DNA from: an uncultured Dehalococcoidia bacterium
GTDB taxonomy: Bacteria; Chloroflexota; Dehalococcoidia; UBA2247; RBG-13-53-26
DNA length: 33,826 nt
Direction: 5' to 3'
Assembly: GCA_964457045.1 (NCBI GenBank)
Contig: CAYWDP010000005.1
Coordinates: forward strand, 1 to 33,826
A program made the translations under genes and the position numbers. The notes under the pieces are model-generated. The model saw only the letters and a list, made by a program, of their open reading frames with translations, made no database searches and was not told the DNA's origin. Below are positions 6,680-16,875 of this stretch, piece after piece. Each line of letters begins with the position of its first letter. Position 1 is the stretch's first letter.

Positions 6680-7885
6680 TTGGACTACGAGCCTTTTGTG
6701 GGTCGTAGCGTCATCGAGGAACTCAACCTACTGGCTGAAAAGCTGTCCGGCAAGGTACTTCAGAATATTAACTCCACCCGTAGTGGTGGAGGTGTAGCCG
6801 AAGTTTTGAGCCGTATAGTGCCCCTGCTGCAGCAGGTGGGGGTAGATGCGCATTGGAACGTTATCCAGGGAGGCCAGAAGTTCTTTCAGGCCACTAAGAA
6901 AGTTCATAATGCCCTTCAGGGGAAGGAAGAAAGCATCTCCTCAGAGGAGTTCTCCCTGCTCCTTCAGCCCAGCCGAGGAAAGATAGAAGATTACCTTTAT
7001 GGAGACATTATCCTCGTCCACGATGCCCAACCCATTGCTTTGGTGGCGAAAAGGAGAGAGGCGGGGGAAAAGTGGGTATGGCGATGTCATGTAGATGTGT
7101 CCAATCCTTGCCCAGAGGCATGGGACCTTGTCCGAGAATTCGTTGTCCAGTATGATGCTGCTGTCTTTTCTGCCGCCAGCTTTTCTCAGGAACTCCCTAT
7201 TCGGCAGTTCCTTATCACCCCTTCCATAGACCCGCTCAGCGAGAAGAATAGGGAGCTTTCTGGTAATGAAATAGAGTCAGTCCTAGCAGAATATGGCATC
7301 CCTCAAGATAAACCCATCATCACCCAAGTCTCCCGTTTCGACCATCTGAAGGACCCCATCGGCGTGATTCGGGCTTTCGAGATGGTGAGAAAGAACATAG
7401 ATTGCAGATTGGTTCTTGCCGGAGGCACAGCTGCTGATGATCCTGAGGCGGACAAAGTGCTGGCGGAGGTGGAGGAGAGGGCTGCAGGGAGTAAGGATAT
7501 CCATGTGCTGCTGCTCCCACCGAAGAGTGGCATCGAGATAAATGCTCTTCAGAGAGCATCCACAGTGGTGCTCCAGAAATCACTCAAGGAAGGCTTTGGA
7601 CTTACTGTAAGCGAAGCACTATGGAAGGGGAAGCCAGTGGTAGCTTCTGCGGTGGGAGGGATGCTGCTTCAGGTAAAGAACGGGTTCAACGGGCTCCTCT
7701 GCCACGGTGTAGAAGGGGCTGCCTATGCCCTGAGGCTGCTTCTCTCCAATCCAGAATATGCACGGTGGCTAGGAGAAAATGGTAGAGAGCACGTGAGGCA
7801 GAATTTCCTCATTACCAGGCATCTGAAAGAATATCTACTGCTTTTCCTCTCCCTCTACCATCCTGAAGACATAATCTATCTTTAG
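6680..7885 (+). CDS. treT: Trehalose glycosyltransferring synthase (TreT-type, GT4)
   Basis: 401 aa, TTG start. Strong resemblance to archaeal TreT as I recall it: INSTRSGGGVAEVL, FFQATKKVHNALQG, WVWRCHVD, TPSIDPLSEKN, KPIITQVSRFD, ADDPEA, EGFGLTVSEALWKGKPVV, NFLITRH. Confidence 0.75.
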   Translation: MDYEPFVGRSVIEELNLLAEKLSGKVLQNINSTRSGGGVAEVLSRIVPLLQQVGVDAHWNVIQGGQKFFQATKKVHNALQGKEESISSEEFSLLLQPSRGKIEDYLYGDIILVHDAQPIALVAKRREAGEKWVWRCHVDVSNPCPEAWDLVREFVVQYDAAVFSAASFSQELPIRQFLITPSIDPLSEKNRELSGNEIESVLAEYGIPQDKPIITQVSRFDHLKDPIGVIRAFEMVRKNIDCRLVLAGGTAADDPEADKVLAEVEERAAGSKDIHVLLLPPKSGIEINALQRASTVVLQKSLKEGFGLTVSEALWKGKPVVASAVGGMLLQVKNGFNGLLCHGVEGAAYALRLLLSNPEYARWLGENGREHVRQNFLITRHLKEYLLLFLSLYHPEDIIYL

Positions 7886-7900
7886 AGGCAATTTGAAACT

Positions 7901-8296
7901 TTATCTCTTAGTATATTGAGGTGCCTTGCGGGCACGCTTAAGTCCGTATTTCTTACGCTCCTTTACCCTGGCATCCCTGGTAAGTAATCCATATTGACGC
8001 AATAAGGGCTTCAGTCCCTCATCAGCCTTTATTAGAGCACGAGCAATGCCATGACGAAGGGCTCCAGCTTGTCCTGAAATTCCTCCCCCCTCTACCTTTG
8101 CCACAGTATTGAATCTATCTAAAGTATCAGTAACTCGCAATGGCTCGAGTATTACCGCTTGAAGAGCAAGCTGAGGGAAAAGTTCTTCTAAAGGCTTGCC
8201 GTTGATGATGATAGTGCCACTGCCAGGTAGTAACCTTACCCTAGCGATAGCGGTCTTCCTTTTTCCTGTTCCGTAAGAATAGGCCTGATCAGTCAC
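7901..8296 (-). CDS. rpsI: 30S ribosomal protein S9
   Basis: 131 aa. GTG start after [19 protein letters not shown] motif and C-terminal ...RKAPQYTKR. Confidence 0.95.
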   Translation of the reverse strand: MTDQAYSYGTGKRKTAIARVRLLPGSGTIIINGKPLEELFPQLALQAVILEPLRVTDTLDRFNTVAKVEGGGISGQAGALRHGIARALIKADEGLKPLLRQYGLLTRDARVKERKKYGLKRARKAPQYTKR

Positions 8297-8725
8297 TTAG
8301 CCCCTCCTTTGGGCTTCCGTTTGGGCTTGATGTGGGTGAATATCTCCAGCATAAACCCTAAGCCTTCTCGCCATGGCACGCCCTTGGCGATTGTGGGGAA
8401 GCATCCCCTTTACCGCATGCTCAATAAGGCGAGTAGGATGAGTCTCCAGCATCTTGGCAAAAGTGATACTCTTCAATCCTCCAGGGTATTGAGAGTGTCG
8501 ATAGTAGATCTTCTCTTCTGCCTTCTTGCCTGTCACTCGAACCTTAGCTGCATTTATTACTACCACGAAGTCCCCGATATCAAGATGGGGGGAGTACATT
8601 GGTTTGTTCTTACCTTGGAGCAGCCGAGCTACCTCAGTAGCTATCCTGCCTAGACTTTTCCCCGAGGCATCAATAACCCGCCAACGGCGCTCAATGTCTG
8701 AAGCCTTCGTCACATAGGTCCTCAT
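8297..8725 (-). CDS. rplM: 50S ribosomal protein L13
   Basis: 142 aa, N-terminus [30 protein letters not shown]. Abuts rpsI. Confidence 0.95.
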   Translation of the reverse strand: MRTYVTKASDIERRWRVIDASGKSLGRIATEVARLLQGKNKPMYSPHLDIGDFVVVINAAKVRVTGKKAEEKIYYRHSQYPGGLKSITFAKMLETHPTRLIEHAVKGMLPHNRQGRAMARRLRVYAGDIHPHQAQTEAQRRG

Positions 8726-8743
8726 TTTTGCATCCCCAATTTT

Positions 8744-9511
8744 CTAAGTGCTTTCAAAGAACAGTGGAAAATTAGGATAATTAACTCTCATCAAGCATAA
8801 ACCATGAGCTGGGGCAGTTGGCCCTATTGCCCCTGCTTTCCCTGAGCTAGCCATTTCCCAGAAGGTCTCTACCCCTATCCTGCCCAAGCCCACTTTGGTT
8901 AAGCCACCCACCGTATTGCGCACCTGATGTGGTAGAAAGGAGTTTGCTTCCATATCAAAGATTACTAAATCCTCCTGCTTACTGACTTCAGCCTTGTAAA
9001 CCCGACGGTGGGTTTGCCCACCTACCACCGAAGAGAAAGGGGCGAAATCATGCTCCCCAAGGAGGACTTGACAGGCATAATTCATGGCCTCGATATCGAG
9101 GGGTTGGGGAACAAGATAGGTAAACCTTCGCATTAATGGAGAGGGCGTAAAGCTATTTAAGATATAATAGCGATATTCTCGGCTCAGAGCAAAGTGTCGA
9201 ACATTAAAATCATTATCTACCTTATAGGCAGCCTTGATGGCAATGTCTCGAGGGAGGTAGAAGTTTAACGCCCTAACCCAAGTCTTTGGAGGGAAAGCCA
9301 CCTGAGTCTTGAAGCTTACTACCTGTCCTTTAGCATGAACCCCAGCATCGGTGCGACTAGAGGCAACAATTCGGATTTTCTCCCCAGTGAGTTGATACAA
9401 GGCACGCTCAATTTCCCCTTGAATAGTGGGGGCATTAATTTGATATTGAGAACCATGGTATCTGGTGCCGTCATACTCCATAATCAACACTACCCTAGTA
9501 ACCGCTCCCAA
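8744..9511 (-). CDS. truA: tRNA pseudouridine(38-40) synthase
   Basis: 255 aa. EYDGTRYHGSQYQ and SSRTDAGVHA (catalytic Asp motif). TTG start; the exact start is uncertain. Confidence 0.85.
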   Translation of the reverse strand: MGAVTRVVLIMEYDGTRYHGSQYQINAPTIQGEIERALYQLTGEKIRIVASSRTDAGVHAKGQVVSFKTQVAFPPKTWVRALNFYLPRDIAIKAAYKVDNDFNVRHFALSREYRYYILNSFTPSPLMRRFTYLVPQPLDIEAMNYACQVLLGEHDFAPFSSVVGGQTHRRVYKAEVSKQEDLVIFDMEANSFLPHQVRNTVGGLTKVGLGRIGVETFWEMASSGKAGAIGPTAPAHGLCLMRVNYPNFPLFFEST

Positions 9512-9539
9512 ATTAGAGATTTCATCCTCCTAAGCCACC

Positions 9540-9893
9540 CTATTTCACTAACTCGAGCAGTGCCATAAGGGCTCCATCACCCAGGCGAGGTCCCAGCTTA
9601 AGGACACGAGTATACCCACCGCTACGATCAGCATATCTTGGGGCAAGCTCATCGAAAACCTTCTCCACCACCTTTTTATCGTCTATCATAGCCAATGCCC
9701 GCCGCCGAGCGTGAAGGCTGCCAGCTTTCCCCAAGGTGATCACTTTCTCCGCTATGCCTCGAACCTCTTTCGCCTTAGCTTCTGTAGTAATAATCTTCTC
9801 GTGTTTCAAGAGTTCAGTGGTCAAGTTGTAATACATTGCCATTCTGTGCCCTGTAGGTCTAGAGAGTTTTCGCCCAGCTACTCTATGCCTCAT
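9540..9893 (-). CDS. rplQ: 50S ribosomal protein L17
   Basis: 117 aa, [17 protein letters not shown]... Canonical position after rpoA. Confidence 0.95.
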   Translation of the reverse strand: MRHRVAGRKLSRPTGHRMAMYYNLTTELLKHEKIITTEAKAKEVRGIAEKVITLGKAGSLHARRRALAMIDDKKVVEKVFDELAPRYADRSGGYTRVLKLGPRLGDGALMALLELVK

Positions 9894-10830
9894 GATCCTC
9901 TTCCGACCTTAAAGCTAAGCCTCTTTCCTTAAGCCGCTGTTGTATCTCCTCCACGGATTTCCGCCCCAATTTCTTCAATGAAAGAAGCTCTTGCTCGCTC
10001 TTTTCTAACAATTGCCCTACTTTATTAATTTGGTTCCTTCTTAAGCAATTAAAGACACGAGGTGGAAGTCCAAGTTGCTCCAAAGGCATCTCAAGTTGCT
10101 CCGCCGGAATGGTAAGGGCAATGGGTTGTCCCTCACGTTCCTCAGCGGGAGCTAGAGCAGTGGGGGTAAAAAGGGAAAGCTGCTCCGTTAATATCTGGGC
10201 ACTTTGACTAACTGCCTCTGCCGCTGAAATAGTACCATCAGTCCAAACATCAAGAACGAGCTTCTCATACTCAGCATGCTCAGTAAACCCAGCCGGCTCA
10301 ATAAGGTAATTAACTTTGTGCACCGGGGTGAAGATAGCATCTACAGGGATTATCCCTATAGGTAGACCATTGGTATGAGTGGCTGGCAAATAACCCTTTC
10401 CTAGCATCACGTTGAACTCAACGTAAAGCTTGGCCTCAGCTGAATCCAAGGTAGCCAAATAGAGCTCAGGATTGGCAATCTCAAAATCCGCTGAGGGTTT
10501 AATATCCCGAGCATAAACCTTCCCCTCACCCTCTGCTTCAAGAAATAGCTTCCCAGCTCGTTTGGTTATGGGACGCAGCCGTAAAGCTCTAACATTTAGC
10601 AGGAATTCCGTAGCATCCTCTTTTACGTGGGGGATGGTAGAAAACTCATGCTGTATCCCTTCAATCTTTGCCCAAGTTACTGCTGCTCCTAGGAGAGAAC
10701 TAAGAAGAACCCTCCGCAAAGAATTCCCTAGGGTAATGCCAAAGCCCCTTTCTAAGGGCTCAGCAAGAAAACGCCCATAGTTATCTTTGCTTTCCACGCA
10801 TTCCACTTTTGGTGTCACAAGGTGGGACAA
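9883..10830 (-). CDS. rpoA: DNA-directed RNA polymerase subunit alpha
   Basis: [22 protein letters not shown] motif and a C-terminal domain with [17 protein letters not shown] track starts at 10848 (TTG). The TTG at 10830 has AAGGAGG 7 nt upstream and gives [13 protein letters not shown], a typical N-terminus. Confidence 0.9.
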   Translation of the reverse strand: MSHLVTPKVECVESKDNYGRFLAEPLERGFGITLGNSLRRVLLSSLLGAAVTWAKIEGIQHEFSTIPHVKEDATEFLLNVRALRLRPITKRAGKLFLEAEGEGKVYARDIKPSADFEIANPELYLATLDSAEAKLYVEFNVMLGKGYLPATHTNGLPIGIIPVDAIFTPVHKVNYLIEPAGFTEHAEYEKLVLDVWTDGTISAAEAVSQSAQILTEQLSLFTPTALAPAEEREGQPIALTIPAEQLEMPLEQLGLPPRVFNCLRRNQINKVGQLLEKSEQELLSLKKLGRKSVEEIQQRLKERGLALRSEEDHEA

Positions 10831-10850
10831 GCTATCGCCTCCTTTCAAGG

Positions 10851-11480
10851 CTATCGAGAATAATGTTCCACAATCATCTTCCCATCGAACTTAGCGGCAA
10901 TTTCATCATGGATAGGGAGGGTTAACACTCGTCCAGAATTTTTTTCTTTATCTAAGCTCAGCCAGCTAGGAATGGCTTTAGAATCAACCCCCTGTAAGGC
11001 CTTTTTATAAGGCTCTTTTTTGATACTCTTCTCTCTCCAAGCAATTACATCACCCGGTTTAACCAGAAAGGAAGGAATATCGACTTTGCGTCCATTGACC
11101 ATGATATGACCATGCCGCACCAATTGCCGTGCCTGATTTCGAGAGTCAGCAAAACCCAAGCGATAGACTGTATTATCCAGCCGCCTCTCCAGCAATTGAG
11201 TCAGGTACTCCGCTGTCACGCCGGTGGCTTTTTCAGCCTTAGCGAAGAGTCGGCGGAACTGCTTCTCCAGTATCCCGTAGCTATATCTAGCCTTTTGTTT
11301 TTCTCGAAGTCGCAACGCGTAGTCAGACAGCTTGCGGGGGCGGCGAGTCGCATGCTGCCCTGGAGGCGTTGTTTTTCTTTCCAAAGAGCACTTGGGGGTG
11401 GCACATCTTTCCCCTTTGAGCATCAGCTTTTCACCTGCACGACGACACAGTCGACAAACGGGTCCAGTGTATCGAGCCAT
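10851..11480 (-). CDS. rpsD: 30S ribosomal protein S4 (Cys4 form)
   Basis: 209 aa, [14 protein letters not shown]...CATPKC. Has an S4 RNA-binding domain. Confidence 0.95.
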   Translation of the reverse strand: MARYTGPVCRLCRRAGEKLMLKGERCATPKCSLERKTTPPGQHATRRPRKLSDYALRLREKQKARYSYGILEKQFRRLFAKAEKATGVTAEYLTQLLERRLDNTVYRLGFADSRNQARQLVRHGHIMVNGRKVDIPSFLVKPGDVIAWREKSIKKEPYKKALQGVDSKAIPSWLSLDKEKNSGRVLTLPIHDEIAAKFDGKMIVEHYSR

Positions 11481-11486
11481 TGTCCC

Positions 11487-11885
11487 TTAAACCCTCCTTC
11501 TTTTTGGAGGGCGGCAACCATTATGTGGAATAGGGGTCACATCTCTAATACTGGTGACATTAAGACCAGCAATTTGGAGGGAACGGATAGCAGCCTCGCG
11601 ACCTCCGCCTGGACCCCTTACATAAACATCGACCTGGCGCAAGCCCTGCTCCATGGCTCGCCTTGCTGCTGCCCCAGCTGCCAGCTGGGCAGCATAAGGG
11701 GTACCTTTGCGTGAGCCCTTGAAACCAGCAGTGCCTGAGCTTCCCCAAGCAATGACGTTGCCCGTAGGATCAGTAAGGGTAACAATAACATTATTAAAGG
11801 TGGAATGGATGTAAGCCCTCCCTTGAGGGATGAACTTTTTCTCCTTCCTTTTAGCCCTAGGTCTCCCCTTTTTCTTCTCAGCCAT
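11487..11885 (-). CDS. rpsK: 30S ribosomal protein S11
   Basis: 132 aa. Contains [13 protein letters not shown] and ...[10 protein letters not shown]. Confidence 0.95.
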   Translation of the reverse strand: MAEKKKGRPRAKRKEKKFIPQGRAYIHSTFNNVIVTLTDPTGNVIAWGSSGTAGFKGSRKGTPYAAQLAAGAAARRAMEQGLRQVDVYVRGPGGGREAAIRSLQIAGLNVTSIRDVTPIPHNGCRPPKRRRV

Positions 11886-11898
11886 TGTTTTTTAAGCT

Positions 11899-12288
11899 TT
11901 ACTTCTTGGCTATGCCACGGCGTCTGCCTCTGCCAGCTACAGTCTGGCGAGGTCCCCGCTTAGTTCGAGCATTGGTTCGAGTGCGCTGTCCTCGAACAGG
12001 CAATCTATGACGGTGTCTGATACCTCGATAACAGCCAATCTCCGTAAGTCGACTAGTGTTGAGGCTCACCTCTTTTCTCAACTCCCCCTCCACCTTGCAT
12101 TCCCTATCAACAAATTCACGGAGACGTGTGACCTCTTCCTCAGTCAGATCCTTTGCTTTCCTATCGGGGTCAACGCCGGTTTGAGCTAAGACCCTTTTAC
12201 TTAAAGTGGAGCCAATTCCATAAATGTACTGCAGACCAATCTCTATTCGCTTATCTCCAGGGATGTCAACACCTGCTATACGTGCCAC
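11899..12288 (-). CDS. rpsM: 30S ribosomal protein S13
   Basis: 129 aa, GTG start, [14 protein letters not shown]. Confidence 0.95.
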   Translation of the reverse strand: MARIAGVDIPGDKRIEIGLQYIYGIGSTLSKRVLAQTGVDPDRKAKDLTEEEVTRLREFVDRECKVEGELRKEVSLNTSRLTEIGCYRGIRHRHRLPVRGQRTRTNARTKRGPRQTVAGRGRRRGIAKK

Positions 12289-12301
12289 TTGAACCTCCGC
12301 C

Positions 12302-12415
12302 TTATCCTTGCCTCTGCTTATGTTTAGGATTAGAACAGATAATCCTTACCACACCCTTGCGCTTTACCACCTTACATTTTTTACACCGACGCTTAACCGA
12401 AGCTCTAACTTTCAC
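12302..12415 (-). CDS. rpmJ: 50S ribosomal protein L36 (not in the ORF track, below its size cutoff)
   Basis: Hand translation of the reverse complement gives GTG-start [37 protein letters not shown] followed by stop (37 aa). Canonical slot between infA and rpsM. Confidence 0.9.
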   Translation of the reverse strand: MKVRASVKRRCKKCKVVKRKGVVRIICSNPKHKQRQG

Positions 12416-12433
12416 CACCTGTCTCCAAGATAG

Positions 12434-12652
12434 CTACTTGAAGCGATAAGTAACCCTGCCCCGGCTCAAATCGTAGGGTGAAAGCTCTACCCGCACGACA
12501 TCACCGGGGAGAATCTTGATAAAGTGACGCCTCATGTTGCCTGAAATATGAGCTAGCACTTTATGTCCAGTAGGTAGCTCAACACGGAACATCGCATTGG
12601 GTAAACATTCCACAACCTTTCCTTCAACCTCTATCTTTTCCTTCTTAGCCAT
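12434..12652 (-). CDS. infA: Translation initiation factor IF-1
   Basis: 72 aa, [26 protein letters not shown]... Confidence 0.95.
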   Translation of the reverse strand: MAKKEKIEVEGKVVECLPNAMFRVELPTGHKVLAHISGNMRRHFIKILPGDVVRVELSPYDLSRGRVTYRFK

Positions 12653-12661
12653 ACGCCTTAT

Positions 12662-13411
12662 TTATAGCATAGTGAGAATATCTGGCTCAGTATCGGTAAT
12701 AGCGATAGTATGTTCGAAGTGTGCTGAAAGGCTGCCATCAGCAGTGGTAACTGTCCACCCATCATCACTAAGCTTGGTGCTCCACCAGCCAGCATTTACC
12801 ATGGGCTCAATGGCTAAGGTCATCCCCTTCTGAAGTAAGGGGCCCTGTCCGGGAAACCCAAAATTAGGGATCTGAGGTTCCTCATGCATCTCTCGACCAA
12901 TACCGTGTCCAGTATACTCCCTTACTACTGAAAACCCTCTGGATTCCACATAGAGCTGGATAGCTGCTGACACATCCCCCAGACATGCTCCATGTTTTGC
13001 TGCAGCGATGCCAGCCCAAAGAGCACCCTGAGTAACTTCCAAAAGCCCTTTCGCCTCCGGGCTAATCTCCTCTACTCCTAATGTAATTGCAGCGTCGCCT
13101 TGAAAGCCCTTAAAGATTGCTCCCACATCCAGCGAGACTATGTCCCCTTCAAAAAGTACCCGCTCCCCAGGGATGCCATGCACTACTTCATTGTTGACTG
13201 AGATACAAAGATAAGCCGGAAATCCCCGGTAGCCCTTAAAGGAAGACTGTGCTTTATACTTGGCTAACTCTTGAGCACAAATAGAGTCTAGCTCCTTAGT
13301 CATTACCCCTGCTCTAATCTCCTTAGTCAATGTTTGCAGCACCTTAGCCACAATCTCTCCTGCTTCTCTCATAATGGCAATCTCCTCAGGAGATTTAATA
13401 ATTATACCCAT
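12662..13411 (-). CDS. map: Type I methionine aminopeptidase
   Basis: 249 aa. Contains VHGIP, DVGAIFKGFQGD, TGHGIG and EPM. Confidence 0.9.
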   Translation of the reverse strand: MGIIIKSPEEIAIMREAGEIVAKVLQTLTKEIRAGVMTKELDSICAQELAKYKAQSSFKGYRGFPAYLCISVNNEVVHGIPGERVLFEGDIVSLDVGAIFKGFQGDAAITLGVEEISPEAKGLLEVTQGALWAGIAAAKHGACLGDVSAAIQLYVESRGFSVVREYTGHGIGREMHEEPQIPNFGFPGQGPLLQKGMTLAIEPMVNAGWWSTKLSDDGWTVTTADGSLSAHFEHTIAITDTEPDILTML

Positions 13412-13418
13412 TTCCTCC

Positions 13419-14048
13419 CTAGTTGAGCAATGCCAATAGCTCCTTACTCACCTCTTCTATCGTTTTTTCGCCATTTATTTCTACTAACTTTCCCCTTTGC
13501 TGGTAGTAGCTAATAAGGGGGGTGGTCTGAGCAAAATAAACCTCTAATCGCTTCTGAACCGTTTCTTTATTATCATCTGGGCGCTGATAAAGCTCACCGC
13601 CACAAAGGTCACACTTGCCAGCCACCTTAGGTGGAGAGGAGACAAGGTTATAAGGTGTCTCACATTGTCGACAAATCCAGCGTTCACTGAGGCGGCGAAG
13701 AAGCTCTTTCTGAGGAACCTTGATATAGATTACCTTATCAATAGCCTCCTCTGCTAATGCCTTGTCTAAGGCTTGCGCCTGCTCCATATTTCTAGGGAAA
13801 CCATCTAGAATGAACCCCTGGCTGCTCTCAGCAATACGCTCCAAGATCATACCTATAGTCACTTCGTCAGGAACAAGCACCCCCTTCTCCATATAAGACT
13901 TAGCTAGCTTCCCTAGTTCTGTACCTTCCTTTTCAGCTTGACGGAAGAGATCACCGGAAGCTATATGCCCTAAACCAGTGGCTTGAGAAAGCCTTTCTGC
14001 CTGCGTCCCTTTACCTGAACCTGGGGCACCCAATAGAATAACCCGCAT
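13419..14048 (-). CDS. adk: Adenylate kinase (Cys4 zinc lid)
   Basis: 209 aa. P-loop GAPGSGKGT. Lid CRQC...CDLC. Confidence 0.95.
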   Translation of the reverse strand: MRVILLGAPGSGKGTQAERLSQATGLGHIASGDLFRQAEKEGTELGKLAKSYMEKGVLVPDEVTIGMILERIAESSQGFILDGFPRNMEQAQALDKALAEEAIDKVIYIKVPQKELLRRLSERWICRQCETPYNLVSSPPKVAGKCDLCGGELYQRPDDNKETVQKRLEVYFAQTTPLISYYQQRGKLVEINGEKTIEEVSKELLALLN

Positions 14049-14050
14049 TA

Positions 14051-15355
14051 TTACCTGAGGAAACCTTCATAGCGGCGCATTAGGAGTTGCGCCTCTAATT
14101 GCTTCATTGTATCTAAAGCTACACCTACCATAATCAACAAGGCAGTGCTGGAAAGCGCCACTACTTGAACACCCGTCGCCTGTCGAGCGATGAAGGGCAG
14201 CACTGCTACTAGGGCTAGGAAAAGGGCACCACCCCAGGTAATGCGAGTCATCACTTGGCTGAGATAGGTGGCAGTAGTCCGCCCAGGTCGGACCCCTGGT
14301 ATAAAACCACCCTGCTTTTGCAAAGTGTCAGCTAGATTCATCTGCTCAAATATGACCATAGTATAGAAAAAGGCGAAGGCAATTACAAGCAGGAAATAAA
14401 CCAGCCAGTAACTCCAATGGGCAGTCCAATCAACGAAAAAATTAGCTATACTACCACCGATTCCTGAAGCCTCGGTGAAGTAGCTGGCCAAGGTTCCAGG
14501 CAATATTACCAATGCCATAGCAAAAATGAGGGGTATCATCCCTGCTGAATTCACCCTCAAGGGGATATGGGTTGAACCTGACTGGCGATACATCCTTCTT
14601 CCTCGAAAGACACTCCGAGAGTAATGTACCGGAATGCGGCGGTGTGCTTCAGTAAAGATAACAATGAATAGCACGGTGGCCAGCCCCAGGATGGTAAAAG
14701 CAATCAGCCCCGCCATGTTTTCTCTTGCTGCAAACTGGCCTCGACCTATCATCTCCGGAAAGCCGGCAACGATGCCGCCAAAGATTATAATGGAAACGCC
14801 ATTGCCGATGCCTCGCTCGGTGATAAGTTCGCCCAACCAGACCAGAAACATGGTGCCGGCTGTCAAGGAAAAGATTATGGCTGCTGTAGGCAAGGCGCCT
14901 GTTTGGGTGACGGCTGCATCTGATCCTCGAGATAGAAGCACCAGTTGCCCATAACCCTGGAGAGCAGCTAGGGGTACCATCAACCAATGGGTATAAACGT
15001 TAATTTTATTTCTTCCCGCTTCCCCCTCCTGAGAGAGGGCCTGTAACCGAGGGATAACTGGCACCAAGAGTTGCATAATAATGGAGGCAGTAATGTAGGG
15101 GTAGACACCCATGGCCACAATGCTAAAGTTACGCATTGCCCCCCCACTGAATAGATCCAGCATTCCTAGCAATTGATTCCTCTCAAAAAGCTCTCCCAAA
15201 GCATCAAGATCCACTCCAGGGAGGGGTATGTGAGCTAAGAAACGAAAAACTACCAGGAGGCCTAGGGTGAAGAGGAGCCTTCGCCTTAGGTCGGGCAAGG
15301 TAAAGGCGTCTATCATTGCTTGAAGGAGCCGCGGCCTAGCTTGCCTTGGTTGCAC
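14051..15355 (-). CDS. secY: Preprotein translocase subunit SecY
   Basis: Multi-TM protein with LRRRLLFTLGLLVVFRFLAHIPLPGV. ORF track starts at TTG 15391. GTG 15355 has GGAGGAGG 6 nt upstream and is preferred. ATG 15316 is an alternative without an SD. Confidence 0.9.
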   Translation of the reverse strand: MQPRQARPRLLQAMIDAFTLPDLRRRLLFTLGLLVVFRFLAHIPLPGVDLDALGELFERNQLLGMLDLFSGGAMRNFSIVAMGVYPYITASIIMQLLVPVIPRLQALSQEGEAGRNKINVYTHWLMVPLAALQGYGQLVLLSRGSDAAVTQTGALPTAAIIFSLTAGTMFLVWLGELITERGIGNGVSIIIFGGIVAGFPEMIGRGQFAARENMAGLIAFTILGLATVLFIVIFTEAHRRIPVHYSRSVFRGRRMYRQSGSTHIPLRVNSAGMIPLIFAMALVILPGTLASYFTEASGIGGSIANFFVDWTAHWSYWLVYFLLVIAFAFFYTMVIFEQMNLADTLQKQGGFIPGVRPGRTTATYLSQVMTRITWGGALFLALVAVLPFIARQATGVQVVALSSTALLIMVGVALDTMKQLEAQLLMRRYEGFLR

Positions 15356-15803
15356 TTCCTGCCTCCTCCACTCTTCCCCCTGCTGCTTCAATCTTCCTCT
15401 TGGCAGCAGTGGAGAACTTATCAGCCTTTACTATTAGGGCTTGGTTCAGCTCACCCATGCTCAGAATCTTCACCGGTTTCTTAGCCGATTTGATAAGCCT
15501 TGCCTCGAGCAACTTATCTCGATCCACCACACTGCCGGGCTTAAATACATTGAGCTTGCCTAAATTGACCAGAGAATACTGCTCCTTAAAGATGTTAGTA
15601 AAACCACGCTTTGTGGGCAAACGCCTCACTAAAGGCAGTTGCCCTCCCTCAAAGTAAGGATGAATACCGGCACCGCTGCGTGCCTTTTGCCCCTTTATGC
15701 CTCTTCCTGAGTATCTGCCATGACCACTGCCCAACCCGCGACCAACACGCTTTTTTTTATGTCTTGAACCCGGGGGCGGAGCTAGCTCATTCTGCCTTAC
15801 CAC
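15336..15803 (-). CDS. rplO: 50S ribosomal protein L15
   Basis: 155 aa, GTG start. Contains PPPGSRHKKKRVGRGLGSGHG. Confidence 0.95.
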   Translation of the reverse strand: MVRQNELAPPPGSRHKKKRVGRGLGSGHGRYSGRGIKGQKARSGAGIHPYFEGGQLPLVRRLPTKRGFTNIFKEQYSLVNLGKLNVFKPGSVVDRDKLLEARLIKSAKKPVKILSMGELNQALIVKADKFSTAAKRKIEAAGGRVEEAGSATKAS

Positions 15804-15988
15804 TAATCTTTCCTCTCCTCCACTTCGACCAGATGTTTTACCTTGGCAATCATACCACGAACTGAGGGTGTATCCTCATGTTTTACACTGTGATGCAAGC
15901 GGTGTAGCCCCAAGGCTTTAATGGTCATCCTTTGGTCTTTAGCATAACCAATATCGCTCTTGATCCAGGTAATGTATAGTTTAGTCAC
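15803..15988 (-). CDS. rpmD: 50S ribosomal protein L30
   Basis: 61 aa between rpsE and rplO. Contains [13 protein letters not shown]. Confidence 0.9.
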   Translation of the reverse strand: MTKLYITWIKSDIGYAKDQRMTIKALGLHRLHHSVKHEDTPSVRGMIAKVKHLVEVEERKD

Positions 15989-16496
15989 TCCTCCCTCGCC
16001 CTTTTGTAATTGATGGTGCCTTCCGCTCTGCCAATACTTTCTCTGGATCCCTTAATTGGCTCAGAGCAAGCATGGTTGCTTTAACTACATTTATTGGATT
16101 AGAGCTGCCTAGAGATTTGGTAAGGATATCCTTCACTCCAGCTACCTCAAGCACAGCACGAATGCTGCCACCAGCGATAACCCCAGTGCCCGGCGTTGCT
16201 GGTTTAAGCAAGACCTTAGCTGCCCCAAACTTAACCATTATTTCATGGGGGATAGTTGTTCCTGCTAAGGGGATCTCAACCAGATTTTTCTTGGCAACAG
16301 TGCCAGCTTTCTGAATCGCCTGGGGAACTTCCTTTGCTTTGCCCATCCCAATACCTACCTGTCCATTACCATCGCCAACTACTACTAAAGCGCTAAACCT
16401 GAGGTGTTTCCCCCCTTTAACTACCTTGGCAACACGGTTTACATAGATCAGCTTCTCGGTTAGCTCTTCCTTGGCTTCTACTTCTTCCTGCTTCAT
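15981..16496 (-). CDS. rpsE: 30S ribosomal protein S5
   Basis: 171 aa. Contains [36 protein letters not shown]. Confidence 0.95.
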   Translation of the reverse strand: MKQEEVEAKEELTEKLIYVNRVAKVVKGGKHLRFSALVVVGDGNGQVGIGMGKAKEVPQAIQKAGTVAKKNLVEIPLAGTTIPHEIMVKFGAAKVLLKPATPGTGVIAGGSIRAVLEVAGVKDILTKSLGSSNPINVVKATMLALSQLRDPEKVLAERKAPSITKGRGRSD

Positions 16497-16509
16497 CTCT
16501 TCCCCAGGT

Positions 16510-16872
16510 TTAAAACTTCAGCCCTGACTCTCTAGCTGCCTCAGCCAAGGCTCTAACTCGACCATGATACTTATATCCATGTCGATCAAAGACAACCTGA
16601 GTTACCCCCTTCTCTGTAGCTCGCTTAGCAACTAATGAACCTACTAATGCAGCGGTTCTCGTTTTTCCTTGCCTTTCAGCTTTCAGCTCTGTATCAAGGC
16701 TAGAGGCACTAGCTATAGTGTGAGATTTCGCATCATCTATAACTTGAGCATAAATATGCTTTGAGCTGCGAAAAACACACAACCGAGGCCTTGTTTGCTT
16801 TCTCCTTATCTTTTCTCTAACCCGGACGCACCTTCTCTCTCGTAGTGCTCTAGGGCTACCTCTTCTACTCAT
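16510..16872 (-). CDS. rplR: 50S ribosomal protein L18
   Basis: 120 aa. Contains [20 protein letters not shown] and [16 protein letters not shown]. Confidence 0.95.
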   Translation of the reverse strand: MSRRGSPRALRERRCVRVREKIRRKQTRPRLCVFRSSKHIYAQVIDDAKSHTIASASSLDTELKAERQGKTRTAALVGSLVAKRATEKGVTQVVFDRHGYKYHGRVRALAEAARESGLKF

Positions 16873-16875
16873 GCT

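Noticed and set aside
7921-7935. Hairpin GTGCC-TTGCG-GGCAC between the convergent treT and rpsI ends, considered as a bidirectional terminator
   Set aside because: It lies inside the rpsI coding sequence and has no U-tract on either strand. The true intergenic space is only 15 nt, with no stem-loop.
11106-11714. 202-aa plus-strand ORF and many other 60-115-aa ORFs antisense to ribosomal protein genes
   Set aside because: All are embedded opposite highly conserved genes. None has a plausible ribosome-binding site or a recognisable motif.
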